22,654 bases of DNA from Octopus sinensis (Eukaryota), in contig NW_021836798.1 of the NCBI RefSeq assembly GCF_006345805.1, positions 1 through 22,654 on the forward strand, read 5' to 3'. The position numbers and the translations under genes are program-made. Numbering within the stretch: position 1 is the stretch's first letter; each line of letters starts with the position of its first letter. The notes below the pieces were generated by a model. That model was not told the DNA's origin. It did not search any database and was given only the letters and a program-made list of their open reading frames with translations. Below, in pieces: positions 11,347 to 21,500 of the stretch.

Positions 11347-11465
11347 GTATACAAATATATATATACATATATATTTACATATATATATATATATATATAC
11401 ACATATATATATATACATATATATACATATATATATATACATATAAATACATATATGTATATATA
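11177..11465. repeat. (TA)n-rich microsatellite
   Basis: Direct read. Confidence 0.95.
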
Positions 11466-11751
11466 GAAAATAGTAAAAAGTGAAAAAACTACAGAAGGCT
11501 TGTTTTAAAAGGTAAAAAAATATATTTGAGTCATTATGTCAGAAGAATGTTATAAATTTTTTTTCATACAGTGACATAGTTTTTGAAGAAATTACCGGTT
11601 TCGTGTTAACTTTTCAAATTTCTCAAAACATCGTGTTATGTCTTCGTTATGAAATGCAAAGTAGAGTTCCAGTTGGGGGAGGTAATATGTGATTTCTTCT
11701 GGTATAAGGGAGATAATCGCTTTATATTCCTTTCCCTTTTATTAATAGGGT

Positions 11752-11763
11752 TATAATATATAT

Positions 11764-11836
<73 letters not shown>
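11752..11836. repeat. (TA)n microsatellite
   Basis: Direct read. Confidence 0.95.
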
Positions 11837-11839
<3 letters not shown>

Positions 11840-11971
11840 GATTATTAGATAGCAGAACCTATACATATACAATTTATAAATAGGTTAAAATCTTTATAAG
11901 AATTTATCAAGTAGTTAGCGTGAAAAACTTCATAAGGAAAAAATCCATCAATTTTTCTCTTAATTAAATTA

Positions 11972-12135
11972 ATTTATATTGAGGGCTTTTCTATACATAA
12001 ATGCCACACGCTAGGAGGGACTCTTAAAGTAAAAACTACCAAAATAAATAAAGACCATTTAATTTGGTAGTTTTGACTTTTAAGAGTCCTTCCTGGCCTG
12101 TGGCATTTATGTATAATAATGCCCTCAATATAAAT
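11972..12135. repeat. Hairpin-forming inverted repeat, ~78-bp arms, 7-nt loop
   Basis: atttatattgagggc..tatacataaatgccaca..ggactcttaaagt..aaaactaccaaa.taaat / aaagacc / reverse complement. Confidence 0.92.
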
Positions 12136-12273
12136 ATAAATACAAATATAAATATAGATATAAATATAAATATAAATAAAAAAATAAAATATATATATAT
12201 ATTCAAAATGTAACCACTCGTGAATCGTTGGCGATTTTCTTCCTCCGTCTTCCTTTCTATCGGACGTTCTTCT

Positions 12274-12312
12274 GTTTCTGAAGAAGGAAGAGCGTTGCTC
12301 GAAACGTTAAAC
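12274..12312 (+). ncRNA. Minimal Penelope-type hammerhead ribozyme motif (CUGAAGA core), probably impaired by an insertion
   Basis: GTTT-CTGAAGA-AGGAA-GAGC-GTT-GCTC-GAA-ACGT-T-AAAC; palindromic ACGU stem III; lies in a pyrimidine-rich PLE-like terminal repeat at about 12205-12420. Confidence 0.7.
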
Positions 12313-12487
12313 CATCTTCCTTTCTTCCCTGAATGTCTGCTAATACTTTACATGTACCACATCCTCGCGTCGTATCTTTTTGTATTTTTTTGTGTTTGTT
12401 CTTCTTTTTTGGGATTCACAACATATATATATATATGTATGTATGTATGTATATATGTATGCATTTATGTATAATTATCACGAAATG

Positions 12488-13646
12488 ATATTGATAAAAT
12501 AAAATTGAATTCAATAGTCTAAGTTTGGGGTGTTTTGTGTTTTTTTGTTTGTTTTTCGTCTACTTTACTGTTCATTTTACATGTTTTTGGCACATCTACT
12601 CCAAGTTTGGGGAGGGTCATTTTCTTTGTGCCTTTTATGTAACACATCACCGGTAAAATTTTCCACTTATTTCTTATTTTTAATTTCCTAAAATTTTCGT
12701 TGCGTCTTGCAACCTTTTCAATAGTTTTGACTCTGTCCGATATTTACACTGCGTTCCTTTTGTTTGTTTGTGCGCTTGTGTGTAAATCAGTGTGTGTGTG
12801 TGTGTGTGTGTGGTCTGTGTGCGTGACTATACATGCATGCGTGTATAAACAGACAAATATGGAGACAAGGATCCACACATATAAAGATGCACACCCATAC
12901 ATACAAACATGGTACATAGTTGCATAACACACACACACACAGACATGCACACACAAGGAGACAGAAGTGCATACATATACAAACACACGCTTGCACACAC
13001 ATACATAGGAAATACACAAACACCGACATGCAGCTCATAAATATGAAGGATACATACATAGAGATACACACACATACAATATACCATATGCGTACACAAA
13101 CATATATACATACACATGCAAACACACACAGACATACATAGATACATACGTACATACATACTACATATACATACATACATACATACATACATACATACAT
13201 ACATACAGCATGCATGCATGTATAGTCACACACACACACTGCCTCACACACATGAAACAAAAAAGCAAAAGGGAACGCAGCGTAAATAACGGACAGACTC
13301 AGGACTATTGAAAAGGTTGCAAGAGGAAACGATTTTAAGATTTAAGTGGAAATTTTACCAGTGAGTGTGTTATAAGGCACAAAAGAAAATGACTCTCCCA
13401 GAGACACACAGAAATGCTTCAACACACGAACTCACATAAAGAATCTTGCAAACCAAATCCAAAAACGAAATACTCCAAGTTTGTTTAGAAAAAACTTGCT
13501 TGTGTCTTAAACTTTTTTCGTAATTTATTGCCTTCACAGTGTTTACCGTTTTAAAAGATTAAATTAGAAAATTGAACTAAACAGAAAACACAAATGAAAA
13601 AATTAAAAGCAAAAAAGAGAGAAGAAAAAAGAGTAAAAGCAATAAA
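12488..13646 (-). repeat. Right arm of ~1.15-kb near-perfect inverted repeat
   Basis: Reverse complement of 10029-11176; differs mainly by small indels. Confidence 0.95.
12688..12724 (-). ncRNA. Minimal hammerhead ribozyme motif, U3:A8 variant (mirror of 10932-10968)
   Basis: Plus ctaaaattttcgttgcgtcttgcaaccttttcaatag is the exact reverse complement of the 37-nt motif. Confidence 0.6.
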
Positions 13647-13654
13647 ATTCACCA

Positions 13655-13940
13655 CTATAGGCTATTGGGGCACGCCAGTATGCTTGCCGCGTTTCCATGG
13701 GTGATGCGAGGCTGAGGCACTGGAACAGCCAAGCGCCGTCACGAGCCTCACCAGGTACCTCTGCTGGGCGAATTGCTAGTGAGTTGCCAGTGAAGACAGG
13801 AATCTCACAGTTAGAGGTCCGACTCCGCCAAACATCTGGAATTCCACCGGATGGAAAAAATGTAGATGGCCGACTGATCGTGGTATTTCAGGAATTTTGT
13901 TTCGTCAGCCGCAGAAGCTGTGGATCTCCCCTGACAGCAT
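13655..13940 (-). mobile_element. CRE-like RLE non-LTR retrotransposon, C-terminal fragment
   Basis: Minus strand: ..[45 protein letters not shown], matching the FQRLSIAIQRGNAASIL-type C-terminus; frameshifted. Confidence 0.78.
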
Positions 13941-13971
13941 ATATGTATATATATATACGTATATATGCATA

Positions 13972-14002
<31 letters not shown>

Positions 14003-14003
14003 C

Positions 14004-14059
<56 letters not shown>

Positions 14060-14082
14060 TATACAGAGAGAGAGAGGAGGGG

Positions 14083-14151
<69 letters not shown>

Positions 14152-14260
14152 TACGTATATGTATGTGTGTATATATCTATATCTATATATATATTTACAT
14201 ATATGTATATATATATATGTATATTTATATATATATATGTATATATATGTGTGTGTGTGT
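13941..14260. repeat. (TA)n, (AGAT)n, (GT)n microsatellites
   Basis: Direct read; AGAT run about 14083-14150. Confidence 0.95.
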
Positions 14261-14324
14261 TGAGGACAAAAAACAATCTACATCTTTTCAGTTTTATCAG
14301 TCATTAAAACTATATTTACTCCAA

Positions 14325-14963
14325 CACTGGTGGGAATTGGAATTGTCTGCTCCTGAAGAGGTGGAGGACAGACGGAGTGAGAGAGCTTTGGACAGCATAA
14401 TTTCGAAGGCCACCTTCGACTCCCTCTTCATCCAGTCGGACCAGATTTCAAGGTGTTGCTTTCTGTGTGCTAGCGCCAAATACTCGGATGACTGGATTGA
14501 TGCCATCCCTGTGGCTAATGTTGGTGGCCTACACAGCTTGGACGAACGTCGTGTCACCATTGCTCTCAGAATGGGAGTTGACGTATGCGCGGTTTTGGTC
14601 TGTCGTAGTGGCAGGCTCTTCGACTCCACGGGTTTCCATGATTTTTCTTGCCACCTGAATCTTGGAACCATCCGCGTTGTCCAGGTGTGATAGGAAAAGA
14701 CCTGACGGCCTCACCCTGTGCCCGTGGTCGCGAGACAGATTCCCTGTTTGGATGTCACAGTTAGCGACTCCTTTGCTTCTCTTCACATCCTGGATGCTGC
14801 GGTCAGGGCGAGACCCACAGCTTTTGCTGCCGATCAAAACAAAATCCTGAAATACCGCGATGAGTCGGCCCATTTTCCATCCGGTGGCATTCCAGACGTT
14901 TGGTGCAGTCGGACCACTAACTGCGAGTTTCCTGTCTTCAATGGCAACTCACTAGCAATTCGC
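14325..14963 (+). mobile_element. CRE-like RLE non-LTR retrotransposon fragment (zinc-knuckle and endonuclease region)
   Basis: DWIDAIP..IALRMG..VC...VCRSG...D.TG.H.FSC; EPSALSRCDRKRPDGLTLCPWSR; LDVTVSDS; K.LKY; several frameshifts. Confidence 0.85.
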
Positions 14964-15489
14964 ATTCATTTTTCACACATCTGGATTTTATTAATTATTA
15001 CCAATGTCTTAAAATTTTTTAATATTTTTATTTAATTTTAACCGTTCTTCTTTTATGTTTCAGATCAACAAAGTTTCTGCACAATTTGATCACTTCTAGA
15101 CACATGCATATCCAAAGCAACCGTACACACACACACACACACCTTCCTACATGTCACTTTTCAGATGAGGTTCCACTTCTATACTTGCACACAGACACCC
15201 ATCACTCTTCCCTTATTAACTCCCTCCTCATTGAACTGCATTTCATCCGCTTCCTAACAATTTGTCCGTTTTCCCTCTCTTTCTCTCTTTCTCTCTCATC
15301 TTTTATTCTTCTTTCTAACTCTTATAGGCTTTTCCTTTCCTTCTGATGAAGGATTCACCTCTGAAATCTTCAGTTTTTCTCTTCTATTAAAGCATTAAGT
15401 TAACAGCGTATCTGTTGAACGCTGTCCTGTCTATGATGTCCTTTTTTATTATTCAAAGCATTTACACTGTACTTCAATGTCTGTCTGTC

Positions 15490-15549
15490 CGTGTGTATGT
15501 ATGTATGTATGTATGTATGTATGTATGTATGTATGTATGTATGTATGTA

Positions 15550-15607
<58 letters not shown>
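15490..15607. repeat. (TATG)n(GT)n microsatellite in putative 3' UTR
   Basis: Direct read. Confidence 0.95.
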
Positions 15608-15638
15608 AGAATATGCAGTTTCTGGAATAATATATATT

Positions 15639-15685
15639 CTACTTCAAAATCACTGAGATGACCATGGCTTCGTAACTATATACAG
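15639..15685 (-). CDS. Last coding exon (5) of the secreted PAN/Apple-like gene
   Basis: Acceptor cattttttccag|CT; phase-1 reading (S)VYSYEAMVISVILK* ending in TAG. Confidence 0.62.
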
Positions 15686-16633
15686 CTGGAAAAAATGTTG
15701 AAAATATTGTTAGAAATTAATGAAATTAACTCTAAATTTCAGGATGATCATCACACACACACACACACCCCCACCATATATAATATATATATATTATATA
15801 TATATATATATACATACATACACATATCATACATACATATACATACATACATACATACTACATACATACATACATACATACTACATACATACATACATAC
15901 ATACATACACACATATATCCTTATAAAAAGTAAAGTTTGTTACTAAGTTGACCGCTGAAACACTAAATAAAATTGATAATATTCAGGTTTTTGTGTCATT
16001 GTATTAATTTGACCATTCCGCAAATAACTGTGCACCTGTTTTCCGAAAACGGAAAGGCAGAAGTGAGGCGAGTTGGTGATGTATCTGATCCGATTTCTAG
16101 CAATCCACGTACTGTCTTTGTATTTTTCACCGTAATGCTTTTAGACACTGAAACAATATTCAACCTATACTGAATCCATTGATAGGTTTATCAGATTTAT
16201 CAAAATTTATCTCAGACATAAAGAAATTAAAACATATTTCACAGTCACACATGTCTCGTTTCCTTTTGCGGTTCAGTGTATAGCAACAAAAACCAACCCT
16301 TCATAATCACACACCAGAGAGCAGGGAAACAGTTATCAGCACCGTTTTTTCCGTAAATTTCCGAAGAAGGATTCCTTGCTCCGAAATACTGAAATACTAG
16401 AGAAGAGTATAAACCAATGACTTGTATTATTAATATTTTGTTACAACTTGCATTGTTTTGGCTTTAAAGAAAAACTATTTAAAAGATTTATATGTATGAG
16501 ACAATGTTTCTTGAAAACCACAGCTGTGCGCGCATGCACACACACATGCGCACACACGCACACATGCATGCGCACACGCCAACACAGAGTTATACAATCA
16601 ATTACACTGAAATCAAGAGGCGATTTTACTTAC

Positions 16634-16736
16634 AACCGGTCGGCCTTTTGTAAAAAATATCGTACTTTTCTTTATTTCCACTTTTTCTTTGGCTTCTATC
16701 CTCCTGTAGTTATTCGCAATGGTAAACTCCGGGTAA
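16634..16736 (-). CDS. Coding exon 4 (1 nt short of frame)
   Basis: Acceptor tagtttcag|, donor |gtaagt. Phase-2 start gives (N)YPEFTIANNYRRIEAK; RKSGNKEKYDIFYKRPTG in the next frame joins exon 5 in phase 1. 103 nt where 104 is needed. Confidence 0.68.
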
Positions 16737-16900
16737 CTGAAACTAATATATTACAATTGATAAATTGTTTTTCTTATATTTTTGTTATTTTCTATGTTTA
16801 CATGCTTTTTTCAAATGTAATCCCACAAAAAATCAATTGTACCCTCATCGATCTTTTTGTCAAACCTTAAGGTTCATAACGAAAACATTATCATTATTAT

Positions 16901-17115
16901 AAGGCGGCGAGTTGGCAGAATCTTTAGCATGCCGGATAAAAGGCTTAGCAGTATTTTGTCCGTCTATAAATCCTAAATTCAAATTCCGCCGTGGTCGACT
17001 GTGTTTATCACTCTTTCGGGGGTCGTTGAAATGATTATCAGTTTGACACTGGTACCGATGCCATAGACCAACAAACTGTCAGACGTTCTGCCTATCGTGG
17101 AAAGGATTATTATTA
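16901..17115 (+). mobile_element. Diverged tRNA-derived SINE (same family as 8281-8786), intronic
   Basis: aaggcggcgagttggcagaatc..ttcaaattccgccgtggtcgac..ctttcgggggtcg; (ATT)n tail. Confidence 0.82.
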
Positions 17116-17258
17116 TGGGATTATAATATTATACAACAACAATGAGATATAAAGTATATCTGTGAACTTTCTTTTTATATATACACCGTGAAAGTGTTCA
17201 AAAGAACAATTATTAAATAATTAAAGATGTTAATTATGAGTAAGAAGATGATATATAC

Positions 17259-17404
17259 TTCGCATTGAAAGTCAAAGTTTGTGGATTCTGCCACCACTGC
17301 TTTGCAATGATTTTATCTTTCTGGAACCATGATGTAGAATTCGTCCCTTTTCCATTGAAAACCAATATATGATGATCAGGTATTTTTTTCAACCGAACTT
17401 CCAC
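17259..17404 (-). CDS. Coding exon 3
   Basis: Acceptor tttccatttgcag|; VEVRLKKIPDHHILVFNGKGTNSTSWFQKDKIIAKQWWQNPQTLTFNA; weak donor AA|gtatat; phase 0 in, phase 2 out. Confidence 0.75.
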
Positions 17405-18619
17405 CTGCAAATGGAAAGTAAACTCAAACAAGTGACAAATCTCAGAGAATGAGGGATGGCAGAGTTGTAGGAAGAGAAAGGAGACTAGGATGTGATATAA
17501 GGAGAGAGTAGGAGGGCGAGAATGAGGTGGAGAGAACAGTGGGGGGAGAGTGAGACTATGAGTGCAGAAGAAAAAGAGTAGAGAAGACAAGAGATAGGAG
17601 GAGGAGGAGGAGGAGGAGAGAGACAGACAGACAGAATGAAGGAAAATGAGAGGACGAAATGCTATGTCGCGTTAGAAGTGCAAAATTAAGACAGAAAGTG
17701 GCTAACTTACGAGACAGAGAATCAGACTACTAACTAATGAGTCATGATTTCGGAGTCTTTCTAAAAGTTTTGTTGCATCTATAGGAACTAGAAAACTCTG
17801 ACAAAATCAGGACAAAACAAAGTCAAAAACGGCAAGAATCGATCCCACATCAAAGACATATCGATGTTCTGTGGAGGAATCAAGAGAGATATCAGGAACA
17901 GAAGTAAAGGAGTTGTGACATCACCTCAAGAAAGGGGCTTTCGATCTGCCTCTTCCTTGGTCAAGACTCTTAGGTGGAGCGGATGCCAGAGGAACAGTAG
18001 CTTCTGACCAAATGCTGGGGTAGTGTAGCCGTGTAGGTTTGTCCAACAAGTTCTTTTGACTCTGGTAGAGTGTAGCTTTTCTGAAGTTCGTCTCGAATTA
18101 AAAGCATTTTTACTGTCCCATCTGCATATTCGTGAATTTCATCCTTCCATCGCTTCCTTTTAAAATGCAAGACAAACGTTTTTCCTCGCTGACACAGAAT
18201 CTTTCTCCGCCTTTCTCCACCTCATGTCTACTCAACCCTATATTCCTACACTTATAACCACTCACCATTCTTATTTCAATCTTAGCAGTTAAAACTCTTT
18301 GCTGTTCTACATCAAAATATTTATTCCTCATCGATCCAATTCAGGTGTTAAATCATCGCTTTCCAAACTCCTCCTTAAATCCCCTTTCTTCTAGTTATAA
18401 TGCTCATAATCCCTTTAACCTTCGCGCCTTTCTTACACCAAAGCACCGATGACGGGATTGAACCATTCAACATTCTGATCCATTTGTACCAGTCTCTTTC
18501 GTAACCTAGAAGAAGTTTCCTCGTCAACACACTGATTCAATATCGAGACACTCTCGGTTATGTTGCTGTCTAAGAAATCCGCGTTCTCTACGATCTGATG
18601 GCGTTTGTCACATTATGCT

Positions 18620-18725
18620 ATCGTTCCTGAAGGATGAAAGGCAAAGCCGACCTCGGCGCAAATTGAACTCGGAAAATAAAGATCCGGAATTATTAAATAC
18701 ACGAGCATTTGTGTTCTACGCTCTA
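18620..18725 (-). mobile_element. Degenerate SINE fragment (family of 8281-8786)
   Basis: gaaggatgaaaggcaaagccgacctcggcgcaaattgaactc matches 8674-8715. Confidence 0.75.
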
Positions 18726-18739
18726 TTTATTTGATTCTT

Positions 18740-18759
18740 TATAATAATAATAATAATAA

Positions 18760-18797
<38 letters not shown>

Positions 18798-18982
18798 TAA
18801 TAATAATAATGATAATAATAATAAGAGAATAAGAATAAGAGATAAGAAGAGAAGAAGAAGAAAAAGAAGAAAAGACGAAGAAGAAGAAGAAGAAGAAGAA
18901 GAAGAGAAGAAGAAGAAGAAGAAGAAGAAGAAGAAGAAGAGAAGAAGAAAGAGACGAAGAAGAAGAAGAAGAAGAAGAAGGA
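18740..18982. repeat. (TAA)n followed by (GAA)n trinucleotide microsatellite
   Basis: Direct read. Confidence 0.96.
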
Positions 18983-19119
18983 GAAGCCTGCAGAACAGAG
19001 AGGATCGCTGCAACAGGATGACTGCCCAGCAGGTCGCACCCTGCATGGATGACAAGCGAGCGAACGCTGCTATGCGTCAAGGACCCCTTAAAGGGAACTT
19101 GCCAACATCAGGTAAGTAA

Positions 19120-19900
19120 CATCTATTACCAAAGAACAGAAAGGATGCAGGAACCAAAGTAGGGCAGCAAAAGATCACCTATTAGATGATAAAATGATAA
19201 TTAGAAATTGCAGAGGTAGATGATTGGCAGGAGTGAATGTAGCATGGTTAGATTAGAAAAAAGCGTATGACATGGTACCACACAGTTAGACAAGTAAAAC
19301 AAGGAGCAGGTTTGAAATAGCAAAAAGAAAAGCATGGAGAAAATGCTAAATGAAAGTATGGAACATTGGAATACTGAAATGATCGGAGAAAAACAAAAAC
19401 CCGGAAAAGTGAACATCAGACGTGGAATATTTCAAGGTGATAGCTTATCTCCGTTACTATTCGAATTGGCCATGAAAAGTGAAAATTGCTTACGATTTGG
19501 TTAAAGGAAATGGTCAGATAAATCATCTCCTTTTCATGGACCATACAAAAGTTTATGCGAAAAATGAGAAACGGTTTGAAATTCTTGTAAATATTATCCG
19601 CATCTTCTCAAATAACGTTTGTATGGAATTTGGGATAGAAAAGTGCGCTATATAGAAAATAAAAAGAGGAACATTTGAAAGAAGCCAGGGAATTGAAATG
19701 CCAAATGGGCAAACAATGGGAGCAGTTGAGAAAGGACGGTGGTAAAAGTAGTTGGGAATACTGAAAGCAGACGAAATAAAAAATGAATGAAACAAACGAC
19801 CAATTGGGAGTACACAAGGAGAGTAAGAAAATCATTGCAGTCAAAGCTGAATTCCAAAACCCTTATTAAAGCAAAGATCAGTGTCCTTAATCAGATACGC
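19120..19900 (+). mobile_element. Decayed R4/Dong-like non-LTR reverse transcriptase, intronic antisense
   Basis: EQKGCR..KDHLL, AWLD*KKAYDMVPHS, VNIRRGIFQGDSLSPLLF, INHLLFMDHTKVYAKN, MEFGIEKCA, EYTRRVRKSLQSKLNS; multiple stops and frameshifts. Confidence 0.9.
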
Positions 19901-20284
19901 GGCGAAAATGATGAAAATCTAAATAAAAGGCCGGACCTTAGTCCCCAAGTATCGCTAGTGAAACAGAAAAAAAGGAGAAATAAATACGAGAGGAATAGGT
20001 TTCTATGCGTCATGTATATTTTATAGCAACACTCTTGCCACAAAATGAAAACGCTGCACAATATTCCATTGAAATTTAGAAGGAAAATTAGTCTGGATCT
20101 AGTTCTATCATGAAAACCCGCCAAAGAAACTTGCTAACAAAAAAAGATAGATTTTAAAATGAAACAAACATCAGAAACTGAAATTAACATTTAAAAGAAA
20201 ACACTAGTAATTATTGTAAAACCAGCAACAAATATGTAGATTGGTTATTAAATGAGAATCATCTTGAATTCTAAAATTCATTAC

Positions 20285-20375
20285 CTTTTCAATAGGGCAA
20301 TTGTTCCTAGTACAAATAAATAGGGCTTTCTTGAATGAGTTTGGGGTCATCTCAAATACTTTCTGCCAGTTTTAC
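20285..20375 (-). CDS. Coding exon 2 (1 nt short of frame)
   Basis: Acceptor ttttttgtatacttag|, donor AAG|gtaatg; NWQKVFEMTPNSFKKALFICTRNNCPIEK joins exon 3 in phase 0. 91 nt where 92 is needed after a phase-1 donor. Confidence 0.7.
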
Positions 20376-20869
20376 CTAAGTATACAAAAAAGATGTTAAA
20401 CCTTAAACCGGCGGGAAAGGGTTGCATGAATGTGTTGTGACAAACGGGCCATAATCGAAAAAATCTCTTTTTCATAAAGCTAATTTATATATTTTTTTTC
20501 ATAAATTAAGCACAAAAACTAAAATGCTTGTCGTCTTAAACAAATGGAGAAGTATCGTGCACTTTTTCATCACAGAGTAGTTGAAGCATTATTTTTTCTT
20601 ATTATCTAAAACATCATTTTCAACATCAACTGCTCATTTGATGATGATGAAAGAAAATCAGAAAAACACTTCATCATCGCTGTTTTAAACATCTATTTAC
20701 GACTGGAATTCCCATTGATAAGGGCCGCGTAGCTTAGGCGCATTTAATTTAGCAAACGCTCGGGCCTCAACTGATGACGGTTATCTGTGTAAACTTTTGT
20801 GACACCAATAGGATTTTAAAGAAAAAGAGGTGCATTCCAGAAGTTTCCAGGATTTTTCAGGAAAGACAT

Positions 20870-21327
20870 TTATTTATTTCAAAGAAACTGTGTGAACCGG
20901 TCCAATTCCTCGTTTCCACATCTCGCTCAAGATTGTGTTTGGTGGGAAAGCACACTTCTAAGGCATGCAAGTGATTAACTCGTTCCAGTGGTGTGTCCGA
21001 AATTATGATGTTAAAGTCCAGAAGGGCAGAATTCGGGATTGATTAGGGCGAAGAACTGAGATTTCTTAGAATTACAGTGAGCTCAAAACGTTGATACGCA
21101 ATGACAGCCTTTTGCGTTCTAAGTTTGAGTGACCGAGTGACCACGTTGCCATTGACGAAGGGAAGTTCTGAGATTCGCTTGGAATTGGTAAGATTCTTTG
21201 ACCGAAACCTCACCAAGCTGAAGAGTCTTTCATCAAAACGATATCTGATGTCCTTTCCCAGCTGATCCGAGGGAAGTTCGTAGATCATTGCAGCAAGGTA
21301 TAAGGAGAAAAGCATAGCAGCTGAATA
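20870..21327 (-). mobile_element. Decayed RTE-clade LINE RT fragment
   Basis: AAMLFSLYLAAM..IRYRFDERLFSLVRFRSK..ISELPF resembles RTE/BovB IRYRTDGKLFNLRRL..RELLFADD. Confidence 0.72.
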
Positions 21328-21331
21328 ATGA

Positions 21332-21333
21332 TA

Positions 21334-21422
<89 letters not shown>
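21332..21422. repeat. (TACA)n and (GT)n microsatellites
   Basis: Direct read. Confidence 0.95.
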
Positions 21423-21423
<1 letters not shown>

Positions 21424-21500
21424 TTTGTAAAACAATTGGGTTAATGATGAAAATATACATAAATTAGAAAAAATATGCCAGAAAATTGTGATTTACATAC

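Noticed and set aside
11590-11655. Minus-strand GAAACCGGTA hammerhead-like 3' half
   Set aside because: No recognisable CUGANGA core or paired stem II.
10029-13646. Single large foldback DNA transposon with 1.15-kb TIRs
   Set aside because: No TSD, no transposase, and the arms are mosaics of other elements; inverted duplication fits better.
1-14276. Dozens of MYVC/HTYI/IY-rich ORFs, including the N-terminus of 1..1356
   Set aside because: They are translations of stop-poor TATG/TA/CA microsatellites, not genes.
15945-16185. Minus-strand open stretch (KHYGEKYKDSTW...) as an extra exon
   Set aside because: No phase-compatible splice sites without stops; exons 4 and 5 join without it.
17930-18560. 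Short minus-strand ORFs, possibly an old retroelement
   Set aside because: No diagnostic motif that I can identify by eye.
18716-19080. Poly-F/S/L/Y/I ORFs
   Set aside because: Translations of (TTC)n and (TTA)n repeats.
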